From the NCBI GenBank assembly GCA_045591905.1, contig JAZNTS010000216.1, positions 1-39,921 of the forward strand: a stretch of DNA of 39,921 bases, given 5' to 3'. Position numbers and translations under genes: made by a program. Origin of the DNA: Oscillospiraceae bacterium (GTDB lineage: Bacteria; Bacillota; Clostridia; Oscillospirales; Ruminococcaceae). This document shows, piece by piece, positions 7,948-17,779 of the stretch (positions are counted from its first letter, which is position 1; each line of letters starts with the position of its first letter). The notes beneath the pieces were generated by a model. The model had not been told where the DNA came from, ran no database searches, and saw only the letters and a program-made list of their open reading frames with translations.

Positions 7948-9141
7948 GTGAAAAAATTCTCATATGTTGCCACTGACATCGGCGGTAAGCTTGTCAGAGG
8001 CACCGAAATGGCGGAGGATTATCATGACCTTCAGGCAAAGCTGAAGGAACGGAATCTGTACTGTACAAAGTATCGTGAGGTCGGCGGAAGCAACGCTATT
8101 GATGTTAAGTACAAGTTCAAAACTAAAGAGGTGTCGTTTATAAGCCGACAGCTTGCGTCGATGACGTCGGCGGGTCTGTCGCTTGTAAGAGCGCTGTACA
8201 TTCTGCAGGAACAACAGGAGAACAAAAAGGCGAAGGCAGTCCTCCTCGATATCTACGAGGAAGTACAGAAAGGTAAATCTTTCTCTGACGTTCTTTATAC
8301 AAAGCCCGGCGTTTTTCCTGAGATGTTCGTCAGCATGGTTGCTGCGGGTGAGGCTTCGGGTACGCTCGATCAGATACTCAACCGTGTATCCGACCACTTT
8401 GCCAACGCAAACAAGACCGCAAATAAGGTAAAGAGCGCCATGATCTATCCTATGGTTCTTTTGGTGCTTATCATCGCGGTAGTAATCCTGATGTTCACTA
8501 TGATCCTGCCGCAGTTCGGTTCGATGATGGATCCCGAAGATATGTCGCCCCTCAGCGCGGCAATGATGGCGATTTCCGATTCTATGATAAACTACTGGTA
8601 TGTTTACCTGATCGTTATTGCGTGTATCGTTGTGTTCTTTTGGGTAGTTATGCGAATACCCTCTGCAAAGCTGAAATTCGATGAGTTTGTGCTGAAGATG
8701 CCTAAGGTCGGCAAGCTCATGAGTACGATTTATACAGGTCGTTTTGCAAGAAACATGGCGAACCTTTACGGTGCGGGTCTGCAGCTTGTAGACTGTATCG
8801 AAAAATCGGTCGCAGTTATCTCCAATACATATGTTCACAAGCGCTTTGCCGAGGCTATTGACAACATCAAGCTCGGTGAAAGTATGTCAAAGGCAATTGA
8901 AAAAACGGAAATATTCGAGGGTATGTTCACCTCGATCATCTACGTCGGTGAGGAATCCGGTACGCTGGATACGATCCTTAACAAGGCTGCCGACTATTAC
9001 GACGAAGAAGCTGACTCCGCTATCGGAAAGCTTGTCGGTCTGATGGAGCCCTTGATGATCATTATCATGGGTGTTATGATCGGTCTGGTACTTGCTGCTC
9101 TGTTCCCCATGCTGTACGGCGGCATGACAGAGATGTCTTAA
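7948..9141 (+). CDS. pilC: Type IV pilus platform protein PilC (T2SSF family)
   Basis: RQLASM..AGL, AGEASGTLD, VKSAMIYP, VGEESGTLD, LMEP; GGAGG RBS before GTG 7948. Confidence 0.95.
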   Translation: MKKFSYVATDIGGKLVRGTEMAEDYHDLQAKLKERNLYCTKYREVGGSNAIDVKYKFKTKEVSFISRQLASMTSAGLSLVRALYILQEQQENKKAKAVLLDIYEEVQKGKSFSDVLYTKPGVFPEMFVSMVAAGEASGTLDQILNRVSDHFANANKTANKVKSAMIYPMVLLVLIIAVVILMFTMILPQFGSMMDPEDMSPLSAAMMAISDSMINYWYVYLIVIACIVVFFWVVMRIPSAKLKFDEFVLKMPKVGKLMSTIYTGRFARNMANLYGAGLQLVDCIEKSVAVISNTYVHKRFAEAIDNIKLGESMSKAIEKTEIFEGMFTSIIYVGEESGTLDTILNKAADYYDEEADSAIGKLVGLMEPLMIIIMGVMIGLVLAALFPMLYGGMTEMS

Positions 9142-9213
9142 AAGCGGAAAAATGTCGCCTAGGGGCGGCTGAGGCTTAATAAAAAACATTATATTTTATT
9201 TTGAGGTGAAAAT

Positions 9214-10842
9214 ATGCTTTCAATTGATATTACCGACAGACAAATCAAGCTTGTTATCGGCGTACACAGCGGTAGCAAGGTAAGAGTACAGGACGCGGAT
9301 ATCCGCGAGCTTACTCTCGGAATGGTATCCAACGGATACATTACCGATGTTCCTATGGTTGCTGCTGAGCTTAACGATATCATCAAGACAAAGGGCATCA
9401 AGGAAAAGGATGCTATCGTATCCATCACTTCCAGCTCCATCGTTTATAAGGAGCTGCTGCTTCCCAAGCCCAAGAGCCTGAAGAACACCGTTGCTATCGA
9501 GGCGATGATCCAGTCCAACATGGGCGTTACCAATGAGTTCAACATTTCCTACACCATCGCGGGCGAGGTTGAGGACGAGGAGAAGAACAAGATGATCAAG
9601 GTCATCGCTTCTGCCTGCCCCCAGCGTCTTGTTGACGGATATGTAAGACTGTTCTCTCACATTGGTCTTAACCTCAGAGCTGTAAACATCTCCAACAACT
9701 CTGTTACACGTCTTATCGTAAATACTCCCAAGATGGCAGACAGAATGCCTCTGCTGCTTATCCAGATAGATAAGAACTTCCTCAACATGAACCTGTATGA
9801 GGACAATCAGATCGTATTCTCGCGTTACTTCAACATTGATCCCGCAGACTACGACAATGCACCTGATTATGTGACCAAGGCTGTTTATGACAACCTGTTC
9901 AGAATGATCCAGTTCATCAAGAGCCGTAAGGGCGCTAAGCCGCTGAAGGAGATAATGTTCTACGGTGATATCCAGAACTTTATCGAGCTTTCCAATGCTA
10001 TTTCCTCTTTCAACGTTCCCGCTTACGTTCTTGCAACACCCAGCACCGTTATCACAATGGCGGAGATCGACTTTACAAAGTACGCAAACGCTATCGGTGC
10101 TATCTACCGCAGAAACAAGGATCTTGAGCACATCAACCTGCTGGAGGCTACTTCCGCAAAGGAATCCAAGGGCATGAACGGCTATCTGCTGGGTCTGCTC
10201 GGCTGCTGCGTTGCTTCCGCTGCACTTGTTTTCGGTGTCGGACTGGTGTTTGATATCCTTAATAATAATAAGAAAGGCGAGATACAGGCTGTTCAGACTG
10301 AGATCGATTCTCCGCAGCTCCAGAAGGACATTGAGATAGTAGGTATGCGTAAGTCTATGCTTGAGGGCTTTGAGAGCTACAACTCCAGCATGGATCAGGT
10401 TAAGCTGCTGTTTAACTATCAGCCCAAGGTGCTCAGCGATGTGTATAAGAGATTTGAGTCGCCGATCAAAAATATCCTTGAGCCCGGACAGGAGCTGTTT
10501 ATCTCCGGCTATGAGATCGATGGCTACGACGTTACAGTAAACTTTATCGGCAAATGCAAAGGCGATCCGTCCGGTATTCCGTCGAAATACGCTCAGTATC
10601 TTACTGAGAATGTACTTAATCAGCACAACGAGCCTTATTTCACAAATGTTAGCTATACAGGATTCGATAAAGAGAATTCCTCCGATGGCGTTATCTACAG
10701 CTATCTCAGAACAGAGGGTGAATCGGTTTATGATACCATATTTACATTCTCGGTTGAAATGAAGCTTCAGGTCGGCAACGACGAAGTAAATGCAAAGCTT
10801 GAAACAAAAGAAGCAAATGCAGAACAGGAGGTGGCTGAATAA
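9214..10842 (+). CDS. pilM: PilM-PilN fusion (pilus alignment complex)
   Basis: Actin-like start LSIDITDRQIK, YANAIGA end of PilM, then HINLL (PilN INLL motif), TM helix and coiled coil. Confidence 0.82.
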   Translation: MLSIDITDRQIKLVIGVHSGSKVRVQDADIRELTLGMVSNGYITDVPMVAAELNDIIKTKGIKEKDAIVSITSSSIVYKELLLPKPKSLKNTVAIEAMIQSNMGVTNEFNISYTIAGEVEDEEKNKMIKVIASACPQRLVDGYVRLFSHIGLNLRAVNISNNSVTRLIVNTPKMADRMPLLLIQIDKNFLNMNLYEDNQIVFSRYFNIDPADYDNAPDYVTKAVYDNLFRMIQFIKSRKGAKPLKEIMFYGDIQNFIELSNAISSFNVPAYVLATPSTVITMAEIDFTKYANAIGAIYRRNKDLEHINLLEATSAKESKGMNGYLLGLLGCCVASAALVFGVGLVFDILNNNKKGEIQAVQTEIDSPQLQKDIEIVGMRKSMLEGFESYNSSMDQVKLLFNYQPKVLSDVYKRFESPIKNILEPGQELFISGYEIDGYDVTVNFIGKCKGDPSGIPSKYAQYLTENVLNQHNEPYFTNVSYTGFDKENSSDGVIYSYLRTEGESVYDTIFTFSVEMKLQVGNDEVNAKLETKEANAEQEVAE

Positions 10843-11765
10843 TGAAACTCAGCAAACAGGAAAGAATGGGCATACTTATCATTGCCATTATACTTATTTT
10901 AGGTCTTGGTACATGGCTTTTCATCGTACCTAAGATAGATGCGTTAAACGCTTCCAGTACCACTCTTACCACAAAGCAAACAGAGCTTGACAATGCAAAG
11001 AATGAGGCTGCTCTGAAAGAGCCGCTGAAGCAGCAGGTGCTTGACGCTTACAAAGAGGGCGAGAGCCTTGCAGATATGTTCTTTGAGGAAATGACTACAT
11101 ATGAAGCCGATATGGAATTCAGAGCATTCCTTGAGCAGTGCAAAACAAACGTTCTTGTTGAGTCTCTCACTGTGACCGAGCCTAGCACAGCTACTCTTGT
11201 TCCCGAATACTTTACCGAGGACGAGGTTACATACCCCCTCAAGACGTATGTAACTCAGGGTCTTGAAAAGACTGATGATGAGATCTCCTCCGAGGAGCGC
11301 TGGAACAATCTGAAGAACGCTCTCGGCGTTTCGCAGACAGTAGGCGCGATCACCGTTGAGTTTACAGTGAATGTTGTAGAACCCGAGGATCTTCTTAATT
11401 TCGCAGATGAAATAAACAACTATGTAAAGATTGAAAACGGCAAGAACACCAGAAAAGCAATGATCCTTAACGGTGCTTCCATCTCTCTGCCTCTTGTTGA
11501 GAAACGTTACGAGGCGGAAATTGAGAAAATCGAGGAAGAATCTATGGAGGAAGCGATCGATCAGCTGTATAAGCATCTCGGCGAGAAGCGTCCTCAGGAT
11601 CCCGCTGGCAGCGCTGGTTCTTCGGGCAATGACTCCGAGGAAGAGGATAAAGAAGAGGAAAAGTCTCCCGCTGACTACTATTATCAGCTTTCCACTTCCA
11701 TTACATTCTTCAGCGTTGAGCGTATGCAGGATCCCACCGAGCAGCTCAATGCTCAGGAGCAGTAA
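10842..11765 (+). CDS. PilO-like pilus alignment protein
   Basis: MKLSKQER + TM + coiled coil; follows pilMN with TAATG overlap. Confidence 0.7.
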   Translation: MKLSKQERMGILIIAIILILGLGTWLFIVPKIDALNASSTTLTTKQTELDNAKNEAALKEPLKQQVLDAYKEGESLADMFFEEMTTYEADMEFRAFLEQCKTNVLVESLTVTEPSTATLVPEYFTEDEVTYPLKTYVTQGLEKTDDEISSEERWNNLKNALGVSQTVGAITVEFTVNVVEPEDLLNFADEINNYVKIENGKNTRKAMILNGASISLPLVEKRYEAEIEKIEEESMEEAIDQLYKHLGEKRPQDPAGSAGSSGNDSEEEDKEEEKSPADYYYQLSTSITFFSVERMQDPTEQLNAQEQ

Positions 11766-11865
11766 TAATCCACAGAAGATAACAGCTTTGCCGCGCCATG
11801 CGGCAGGCTGTTGCAAATAGAACTAAAGGTATGACAGTCGGCGTTTGCCGACAGGAGGTATGACA

Positions 11866-14397
11866 ATGAAACACGCACTCAGAAAATACCTGAGCAGACG
11901 CGGTTCCGCTCTGTTTATGGTATTAAGCCTGATGACTGCGCTTATGATTCTTGTTATGGCAATGTACTTCTCTGTAGTTGGCTCCAGAGATGTGCAGTAT
12001 AAGGTGTTCTATCAGGAGCAGTCCTACCGTTCTGCTATCTCCTTGTCTGATGCAATTATTGCGGGCTTAGATAAAGGTAGCTGGAATACTGCTGAGGGTA
12101 GCAAAGAATTTCTTACTCTTCTCACAAGCATGGAAAACGAGGGTGATGTTGTAACCACCGACGGAAACGGCTTCGCTGCTTTCTCTACAACGGGAGCGGG
12201 CAAAGAAGAAGTGGATCAGCTTGGTGCATACAATGTTACGATCACTCGTATGGCAGACGAAATGAGCGGTAAGAAGAAATTAAGGATCTTCGATATTGCC
12301 ATCACAACATCAACAGGCGGAGTGATCGAAACGACACACTCCTACATCAGTATGCAGGAGCCTGAGGAGCAAAAGGTTTCTCAGGGCGCATTCAATCCTT
12401 TTACATCTACAGGTTATGTACCGAATGACTCCTACCTTGAGGGCGGCGAGTTCTTTATTGATGTCGTTATTGATAACGAGAACGCGGCTCTTGGCGCAGC
12501 TAGAAGCGTTACAGGTCAGATGAGCTTGAAGCTTTACGGAAATCTTTCGACAGGCGGCTCTCTTTACAATGAGTATCTGACTGCACCGCTTAGCGCAAGT
12601 GACCTTAAAGAGCCTGTTGTCTGGGCTATCAGAAACAAATATACACAGGCGGCAAATCAGACCATTTATCTTGGCACAAACAGTGCATATGGTCTTATGA
12701 TGGTAGGCGGCGATTATATCCATAATATGGGCGGTCTGCCTAAGAATTGCTACATTTATGTTCTTGGCGATATGTATCTTGAGGGCAATCAGGTCAGTGT
12801 TCCCGCAGGCGGCAAGATATTCGTATACGGAAACATCTACTTTGAGGACGGCGCTTACGGAGCGTGCGGAAGCTCTTACAAAAAGGGTACGGTATATTGC
12901 AGCGGAATGTACAATGATGGCGTTGCTGTCACAAATCCTTGCGATCAATGGAGAAACGATACTAAACTTCCCGACGAAGTAATGACGCCGAAGGAGATGG
13001 CTGCCGCTCTCGACAGCCGTACTGCAAGCGTTACCTATTCCAACTGGAAGATCAACGACAGCGAAGAATATTATGAGGTTGATAACAAGCAGGTCAAGGC
13101 GAAGGACTATATCCCTGAGCTTGATCCCGACAACGACGACTATAATGGCGTGAAGCTGTACTACAACACCAGCACTGAAGAGGCATTTAAGAATGGCGTG
13201 GCCGTTGCTCCTCATACATGGACTAAATATCTCGATTGGGAGGACGGTAATGTCCTTGATGATTACTTCGGAGAGGGTCAGGACCTCAATTACACAGCTT
13301 GCGTTATCGAAGACCTTACCGATGTTAAGGAAGGAAACCACTTTAATAACTGCGCTCTTGTAATAAACACAGGTGACGATCCAAACAACCAGTACATCAT
13401 TCAGCTTAGAAACAACCGTGATTTCGACAAGGATGAAAACGAGATCAAGGAAGCATTCTCGTGGTATCCCCGCGATTCCTACAGTGATGCGCTCCAGATG
13501 TCTGTAATCGTTCGTGGTAAAGGCTCTGTTGTAATTGATATTCCCGAGGACGTTGTATATCAGGACGTATCCAATAACCTTGTTATTCACGAAACCTTGT
13601 TCTTCCTCATGGGTGGCAAACTGAAGAATACTGACGCTGCTGCTACCGACAGAACAAAGCGTATATTTGTTCCCGGCACTGTTATTAGTAACACTGCTGC
13701 AGAAAATATGCTTGATCTGATCCATACAAAGTGCGACGATAATTGCTCGCACTGCAACTACCAAACCGAGTCTAACCCCGATAAGTGTACGGTTTGTGAG
13801 TCCAAGGGCATTGAAACTAAAATGGTTGAGATATATTGTCCCAAGCATGAGTTCACATACAGCTACTGCCCTGTTTGCAACCCCGAAATGGAGCCTGCAA
13901 AGGATTCTAATGACAAGCCTTACGGATTGTGCGTAAATCGTATCGACCGCGTGAAGGCAGACGCGAAGATCGCTAATATCAGCAAGAGCTCTGCTGAATA
14001 TATGTTCCTTACAGACAACGGCACAAAGAGCGTGGCTTATCCTACAACTAACATCTTCCTTGTTTCCTGCAGCGAGAGTGCCGATATCCGTATGTCGGGC
14101 GAGATGATAATGCCCAGTATGTGGAACGGACAGCTGAGCATCATGCAGAATGGATTCTATGGCTTTATCTATGCACCGTATATGACCTTTAAGGCATACG
14201 GTAACGGCGCCGGCGGCGGATTTGTAAGATTCTGCGGCGGTATGATCGTATCTGACTATATCTTTAAAGACAGTATGTCGATTCTTACTTGTCTGCCTGA
14301 GTATCTGCCCACAAGCCTGATGAGCTCCAGAAGCCGCAGCGATGCGCTGTCAGAGCTTTCAAGTAAGTCTTGGAAGATCTCGCTGATAGGTTATTAA
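11866..14397 (+). CDS. Large PilX/GspK-type minor (tip) pilin with Cys-rich domain, putative adhesin
   Basis: Basic leader ...SRRG|SALFMVL (class III signal, no Glu5); hydrophobic helix; EQSYRSA; C-terminal GFIYAP; AGGAGG before ATG 11866. Confidence 0.7.
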   Translation: MKHALRKYLSRRGSALFMVLSLMTALMILVMAMYFSVVGSRDVQYKVFYQEQSYRSAISLSDAIIAGLDKGSWNTAEGSKEFLTLLTSMENEGDVVTTDGNGFAAFSTTGAGKEEVDQLGAYNVTITRMADEMSGKKKLRIFDIAITTSTGGVIETTHSYISMQEPEEQKVSQGAFNPFTSTGYVPNDSYLEGGEFFIDVVIDNENAALGAARSVTGQMSLKLYGNLSTGGSLYNEYLTAPLSASDLKEPVVWAIRNKYTQAANQTIYLGTNSAYGLMMVGGDYIHNMGGLPKNCYIYVLGDMYLEGNQVSVPAGGKIFVYGNIYFEDGAYGACGSSYKKGTVYCSGMYNDGVAVTNPCDQWRNDTKLPDEVMTPKEMAAALDSRTASVTYSNWKINDSEEYYEVDNKQVKAKDYIPELDPDNDDYNGVKLYYNTSTEEAFKNGVAVAPHTWTKYLDWEDGNVLDDYFGEGQDLNYTACVIEDLTDVKEGNHFNNCALVINTGDDPNNQYIIQLRNNRDFDKDENEIKEAFSWYPRDSYSDALQMSVIVRGKGSVVIDIPEDVVYQDVSNNLVIHETLFFLMGGKLKNTDAAATDRTKRIFVPGTVISNTAAENMLDLIHTKCDDNCSHCNYQTESNPDKCTVCESKGIETKMVEIYCPKHEFTYSYCPVCNPEMEPAKDSNDKPYGLCVNRIDRVKADAKIANISKSSAEYMFLTDNGTKSVAYPTTNIFLVSCSESADIRMSGEMIMPSMWNGQLSIMQNGFYGFIYAPYMTFKAYGNGAGGGFVRFCGGMIVSDYIFKDSMSILTCLPEYLPTSLMSSRSRSDALSELSSKSWKISLIGY

Positions 14398-14415
14398 TAG
14401 CAAAGGAGTGACGAT

Positions 14416-15576
14416 ATGAAAAAACTTTTTTCAAAAAAGAGCGGTTTTACGCTGATCGAAATAATCGTTGCGTTTGCTATATTTGCAATCATGTCGGGAA
14501 TGATCCTGTCGATGATAAGGATCACGGTGAGTGAACGCCGTTCAAACATGGAATTTGCAAAAGAAACCGAAGTGGAAACACAGTATCTTACTAAGCACTA
14601 TGTAGGCGAAGAGGACAAATACGACAAGGACAGCGAGTCCGATGAAACCAAGGGCAGTTTCTCTCTGAATTTCGTTGATACCGAATCAGGCGATGTTCTT
14701 TGTGATGTTTCCATGGACTACGGTATGCGCACTTATGAGTTGACACGCGATGAGAATGGCGATGTCACAGGTGCTGAGCTTGGAAAGTCTGCTAATGGTG
14801 TGAACTATTTCGTTGGTAACACCGATTACAAAGGCACCGAAGAGGGTAGCGGCAACAAGCCCACTGCCGATGATATCGCAGGCGCATTCGGTAACAGTCA
14901 GACTGCTCGATATGATACAAGAATCTCGGGCAGCAAGGGGCTTGAATACATTGAGATATCAAAGGTCGTAAAAGATACCTCCTACAATGTACCAGGTAAA
15001 TCCAGATACCTCATCGAGTGCTATTGCAATAATCCCGAACCTAAGATGGGAACTGCTATCCAGCCTAACGAAACAACTTTCCTCCAGTATAAGCTGCGCT
15101 TCTGCAGCACCGTTGATTATGACGAAAAGGAAGTTATCAGCGGCGATAAGACCTATATCTACAAGATATACAAGGAAGCAAAGATACTGGATTATGGCTA
15201 TGTCAACAACAGTTCGCTCACATGGAGCAATTCGTCTTGTGTAGGTTACACCTCATATAGTCCCACTGCTGATAAGGGTACAGAGTATAATAAGTATACC
15301 GTTGAGCGTATAAGCGACAGCACAATGCGTATCGGTATCCCGTTTAAATCGGGTTATGGCGAAGGCTTCAGCGATCTTAACGCAACAAGATTCTATGTTG
15401 TGTTTGAGGGCGACCCGCAGATCACTACAGATTCGTTTGGCTCCAATGCTTCAAAGAGCGGCGGCAAGGCAATATATAAAAACTTCCCCATCTATGACGA
15501 TGACGGCAAAGAAACAAGCAAACTCAATCCCAATATCTATGGTGCTTACATCTATACTAAAGAGGAGAAGCAATAA
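14416..15576 (+). CDS. Minor type IV pilin (386 aa)
   Basis: KKSG|FTLIEIIVAFAIF N-methylation motif. Confidence 0.88.
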   Translation: MKKLFSKKSGFTLIEIIVAFAIFAIMSGMILSMIRITVSERRSNMEFAKETEVETQYLTKHYVGEEDKYDKDSESDETKGSFSLNFVDTESGDVLCDVSMDYGMRTYELTRDENGDVTGAELGKSANGVNYFVGNTDYKGTEEGSGNKPTADDIAGAFGNSQTARYDTRISGSKGLEYIEISKVVKDTSYNVPGKSRYLIECYCNNPEPKMGTAIQPNETTFLQYKLRFCSTVDYDEKEVISGDKTYIYKIYKEAKILDYGYVNNSSLTWSNSSCVGYTSYSPTADKGTEYNKYTVERISDSTMRIGIPFKSGYGEGFSDLNATRFYVVFEGDPQITTDSFGSNASKSGGKAIYKNFPIYDDDGKETSKLNPNIYGAYIYTKEEKQ

Positions 15577-15578
15577 AT

Positions 15579-16460
15579 ATGAAGAAATATTTGACACGGC
15601 TCTTCAAAAAGCGTAACTCCGCAGGTTTTACGTTGGTCGAGGTCATTGTATCTACCGCTTTGATAGGTGTGCTTATGGTTGGCATAGTGCTGTTTATGGC
15701 ACCTGTTTTCAGCATGGTCGATACAAATGAGACTGCTCAGCGTGCTGACCGAACTACCACCACTTTAGAGCATTATATCTCCAAATCCCTCAGAAACTCC
15801 GTTTTGGTAAAGGTGTATACAGGCGCTAAATCTACCGATATCACCACTGCAGAGGGTGCGATCCGTAATGATACTGATTTCAGCGGCGAGGGTGGAATTT
15901 CAGATTTCATGAAAGACCACAGCGATAATTATCAGCTGAATTGCCTCAGCATCAAGTATGTAGAGGATACTAATCCACGCAACAACAGCGAGGGTAATAA
16001 TCCCCACAAATTTATGCTGTACAATGAGAGCTTCGATATCAACTATAACCTCCTCTCCTCGGTACCGGTGTTTGAAGAGTGCTTTTACGAGGATATTTAT
16101 CCCCAATTCACTTTTGATCGCGAGTCTATGAAGGTAGAGCTTGATGAAAACGGAAAGATCATCACTGATGACATTGACCCGAAGCCCGAAGTAAAAACTA
16201 CGCTTTATCCCGGCATACAGTTGGATATAGATATTTACAACGATGAAAATATGATGGACTATGGTCGTATTTTCAGAGGCACAAGCTATATCGAGATTAA
16301 CAATATCAAGAGTATGCAGATAAATTCCGAGGGCAAGTACAAGATTTTCCCTGTCAAAGAGCTTGATCCCAATGAGAAGGATATATACATATTCTATGTT
16401 TCGAGAAAGGTCGGAACATTCTCGGGATTTAAAGACGATGAGACCGAAGAAGCAGGGTAA
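15579..16460 (+). CDS. Minor type IV pilin (293 aa)
   Basis: NSAG|FTLVEVIVS N-methylation motif. Confidence 0.88.
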   Translation: MKKYLTRLFKKRNSAGFTLVEVIVSTALIGVLMVGIVLFMAPVFSMVDTNETAQRADRTTTTLEHYISKSLRNSVLVKVYTGAKSTDITTAEGAIRNDTDFSGEGGISDFMKDHSDNYQLNCLSIKYVEDTNPRNNSEGNNPHKFMLYNESFDINYNLLSSVPVFEECFYEDIYPQFTFDRESMKVELDENGKIITDDIDPKPEVKTTLYPGIQLDIDIYNDENMMDYGRIFRGTSYIEINNIKSMQINSEGKYKIFPVKELDPNEKDIYIFYVSRKVGTFSGFKDDETEEAG

Positions 16461-16478
16461 TCCTAAAAGAATAACAAA

Positions 16479-16551
16479 TCGGGGCGGTAAGCCCGCCCCG
16501 ATAATGTTTTTTAAATTATTGTGCTCAGCCTGCTTTTGGCAAGCTGAGCAG
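16479..16551. terminator. Two hairpins between convergent pilin and pilD genes
   Basis: ATCGGGGCGG/CCGCCCCGAT and TGCTCAGC/GCTGAGCA. Confidence 0.7.
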
Positions 16552-16557
16552 AGTGAT

Positions 16558-17613
16558 TTAGATAAGACCCATATACCAGTTTACTATAACATCGCCGATA
16601 AGCCACGCGGTGGTTATTCCTATTGAGAGGAACGGGCCGAATACCATGTGGCGCGAATACTTAACTTTCTCCACGAGATCGTCCTTGATGAAGATCTTGA
16701 AGCCGCCCTCTTTTTCATCGGTTATGTTTTCTCTAAGTGCTTTACTGAGTGCGGTCTTATCGGGAATGCCTTTCCAAGCGTTTTCGTCAAGAAACTCCCA
16801 TTCAATATCAGGCTGTCCGTTGGTTATGCTGCCAACAATGATGTCATCGTGACCTGTCTTGACGTAGCCTACATCACGGTCTAACTGTTCCTGATACCAA
16901 TCGAGAGCTACCTGTTTTATCTGCTCGGAAGCTGCTTTCTCGGCTTTGTGGTCGCGGTATTTTTTCACTGAACCATATATCGCACCGAGAACGATACCGA
17001 TAAACAGACCGGGGAACGCTTTATAGCCAAGCAGCAGTGACGATCCCAGCATAAGCTGAAGGTCGCCGCCGCCCATGCCGCCGATAAGTACGAGTACCAC
17101 GAACAGAACTCCGACAACTCCGAGTGCAATGAGGCGCTCTGACCAATCCAATGTAAACGTTGTACTGAACGGGATAAAGAACGATGCGATGCCGATAACG
17201 CCTACGGTTATACTGCACCAATACGGTATCTCGAAATGGTCAATGTCGATGCAACTAAGCACGATAAGTATCGGAAACAGGATAAGCGCGATGCCAAATT
17301 CCCACCAAGCTCCCGAAAGTCCGAAACGCAGATACGCAAGCGTATAGACTACCGCCGTGATAGTTTCAACTATCATATAGCGGGGAGATATCTTGGCTTT
17401 ACAGAAGCGGCATTTTCCGCGAAGTATCAGCCAACTGAATATCGGAAACATATCAAACCATTTCAGCCTGTTTCCGCAGCTGAAACAATGTGATGGCTCG
17501 GTAATAAGCGACTGCTTCAGCGGCGTGCGAAGTATCACGACGTTTAAGAAGCTGCCGATAACAGAGCCAAAGATGAACACCAGAACACAATAAACGATTT
17601 CAAACGCTGTCAT
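16558..17613 (-). CDS. pilD: Prepilin peptidase/N-methyltransferase with ~100-aa insertion
   Basis: GSFLNVVI.R, S.C..C, RGKCR.C, IDIDH..IP, GMGGGD, FGPFL; GAAAGGGG RBS before ATG 17613. Confidence 0.95.
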   Translation of the reverse strand: MTAFEIVYCVLVFIFGSVIGSFLNVVILRTPLKQSLITEPSHCFSCGNRLKWFDMFPIFSWLILRGKCRFCKAKISPRYMIVETITAVVYTLAYLRFGLSGAWWEFGIALILFPILIVLSCIDIDHFEIPYWCSITVGVIGIASFFIPFSTTFTLDWSERLIALGVVGVLFVVLVLIGGMGGGDLQLMLGSSLLLGYKAFPGLFIGIVLGAIYGSVKKYRDHKAEKAASEQIKQVALDWYQEQLDRDVGYVKTGHDDIIVGSITNGQPDIEWEFLDENAWKGIPDKTALSKALRENITDEKEGGFKIFIKDDLVEKVKYSRHMVFGPFLSIGITTAWLIGDVIVNWYMGLI

Positions 17614-17644
17614 TTTTGTGACCCCTTTCATTTAAGATAGTATT

Positions 17645-17673
17645 ATTCTATCATATATATGAAATTTTTGCAA
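17645..17673 (-). promoter_or_regulatory. sigmaA promoter of pilD
   Basis: TTGCAA-17-TAGAAT with TGn on minus strand. Confidence 0.6.
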
Positions 17674-17779
17674 GCAGATTCGGAGCACGCTGCAATAAGC
17701 GTCCTCTTTATCTATATAACCACGCGGCGCGTGCCGCAGGCTGCGGATTTTACGCCGCAAATACCCCGAAAGGAAGAGA

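Noticed and set aside
11766-11860. Possible c-di-GMP-I riboswitch (GCAAA...CUAA...AUGACAG...UGCC)
   Set aside because: The GGCAAA-stem-GNRA P2 arm and proper P3 pairing are absent; better explained as simple hairpins plus a direct repeat
9220-13848. Long antisense ORFs (9220-10626, 10944-11816, 12310-13848; also 7960-8838, 19965-20714, 33184-33927)
   Set aside because: They lie opposite well-supported genes, have no RBS or family motifs, and are explained by codon bias suppressing antisense stops
16558-17613. pilD as an invertible switch
   Set aside because: No flanking inverted repeats or recombinase seen; it has its own promoter and convergent terminators
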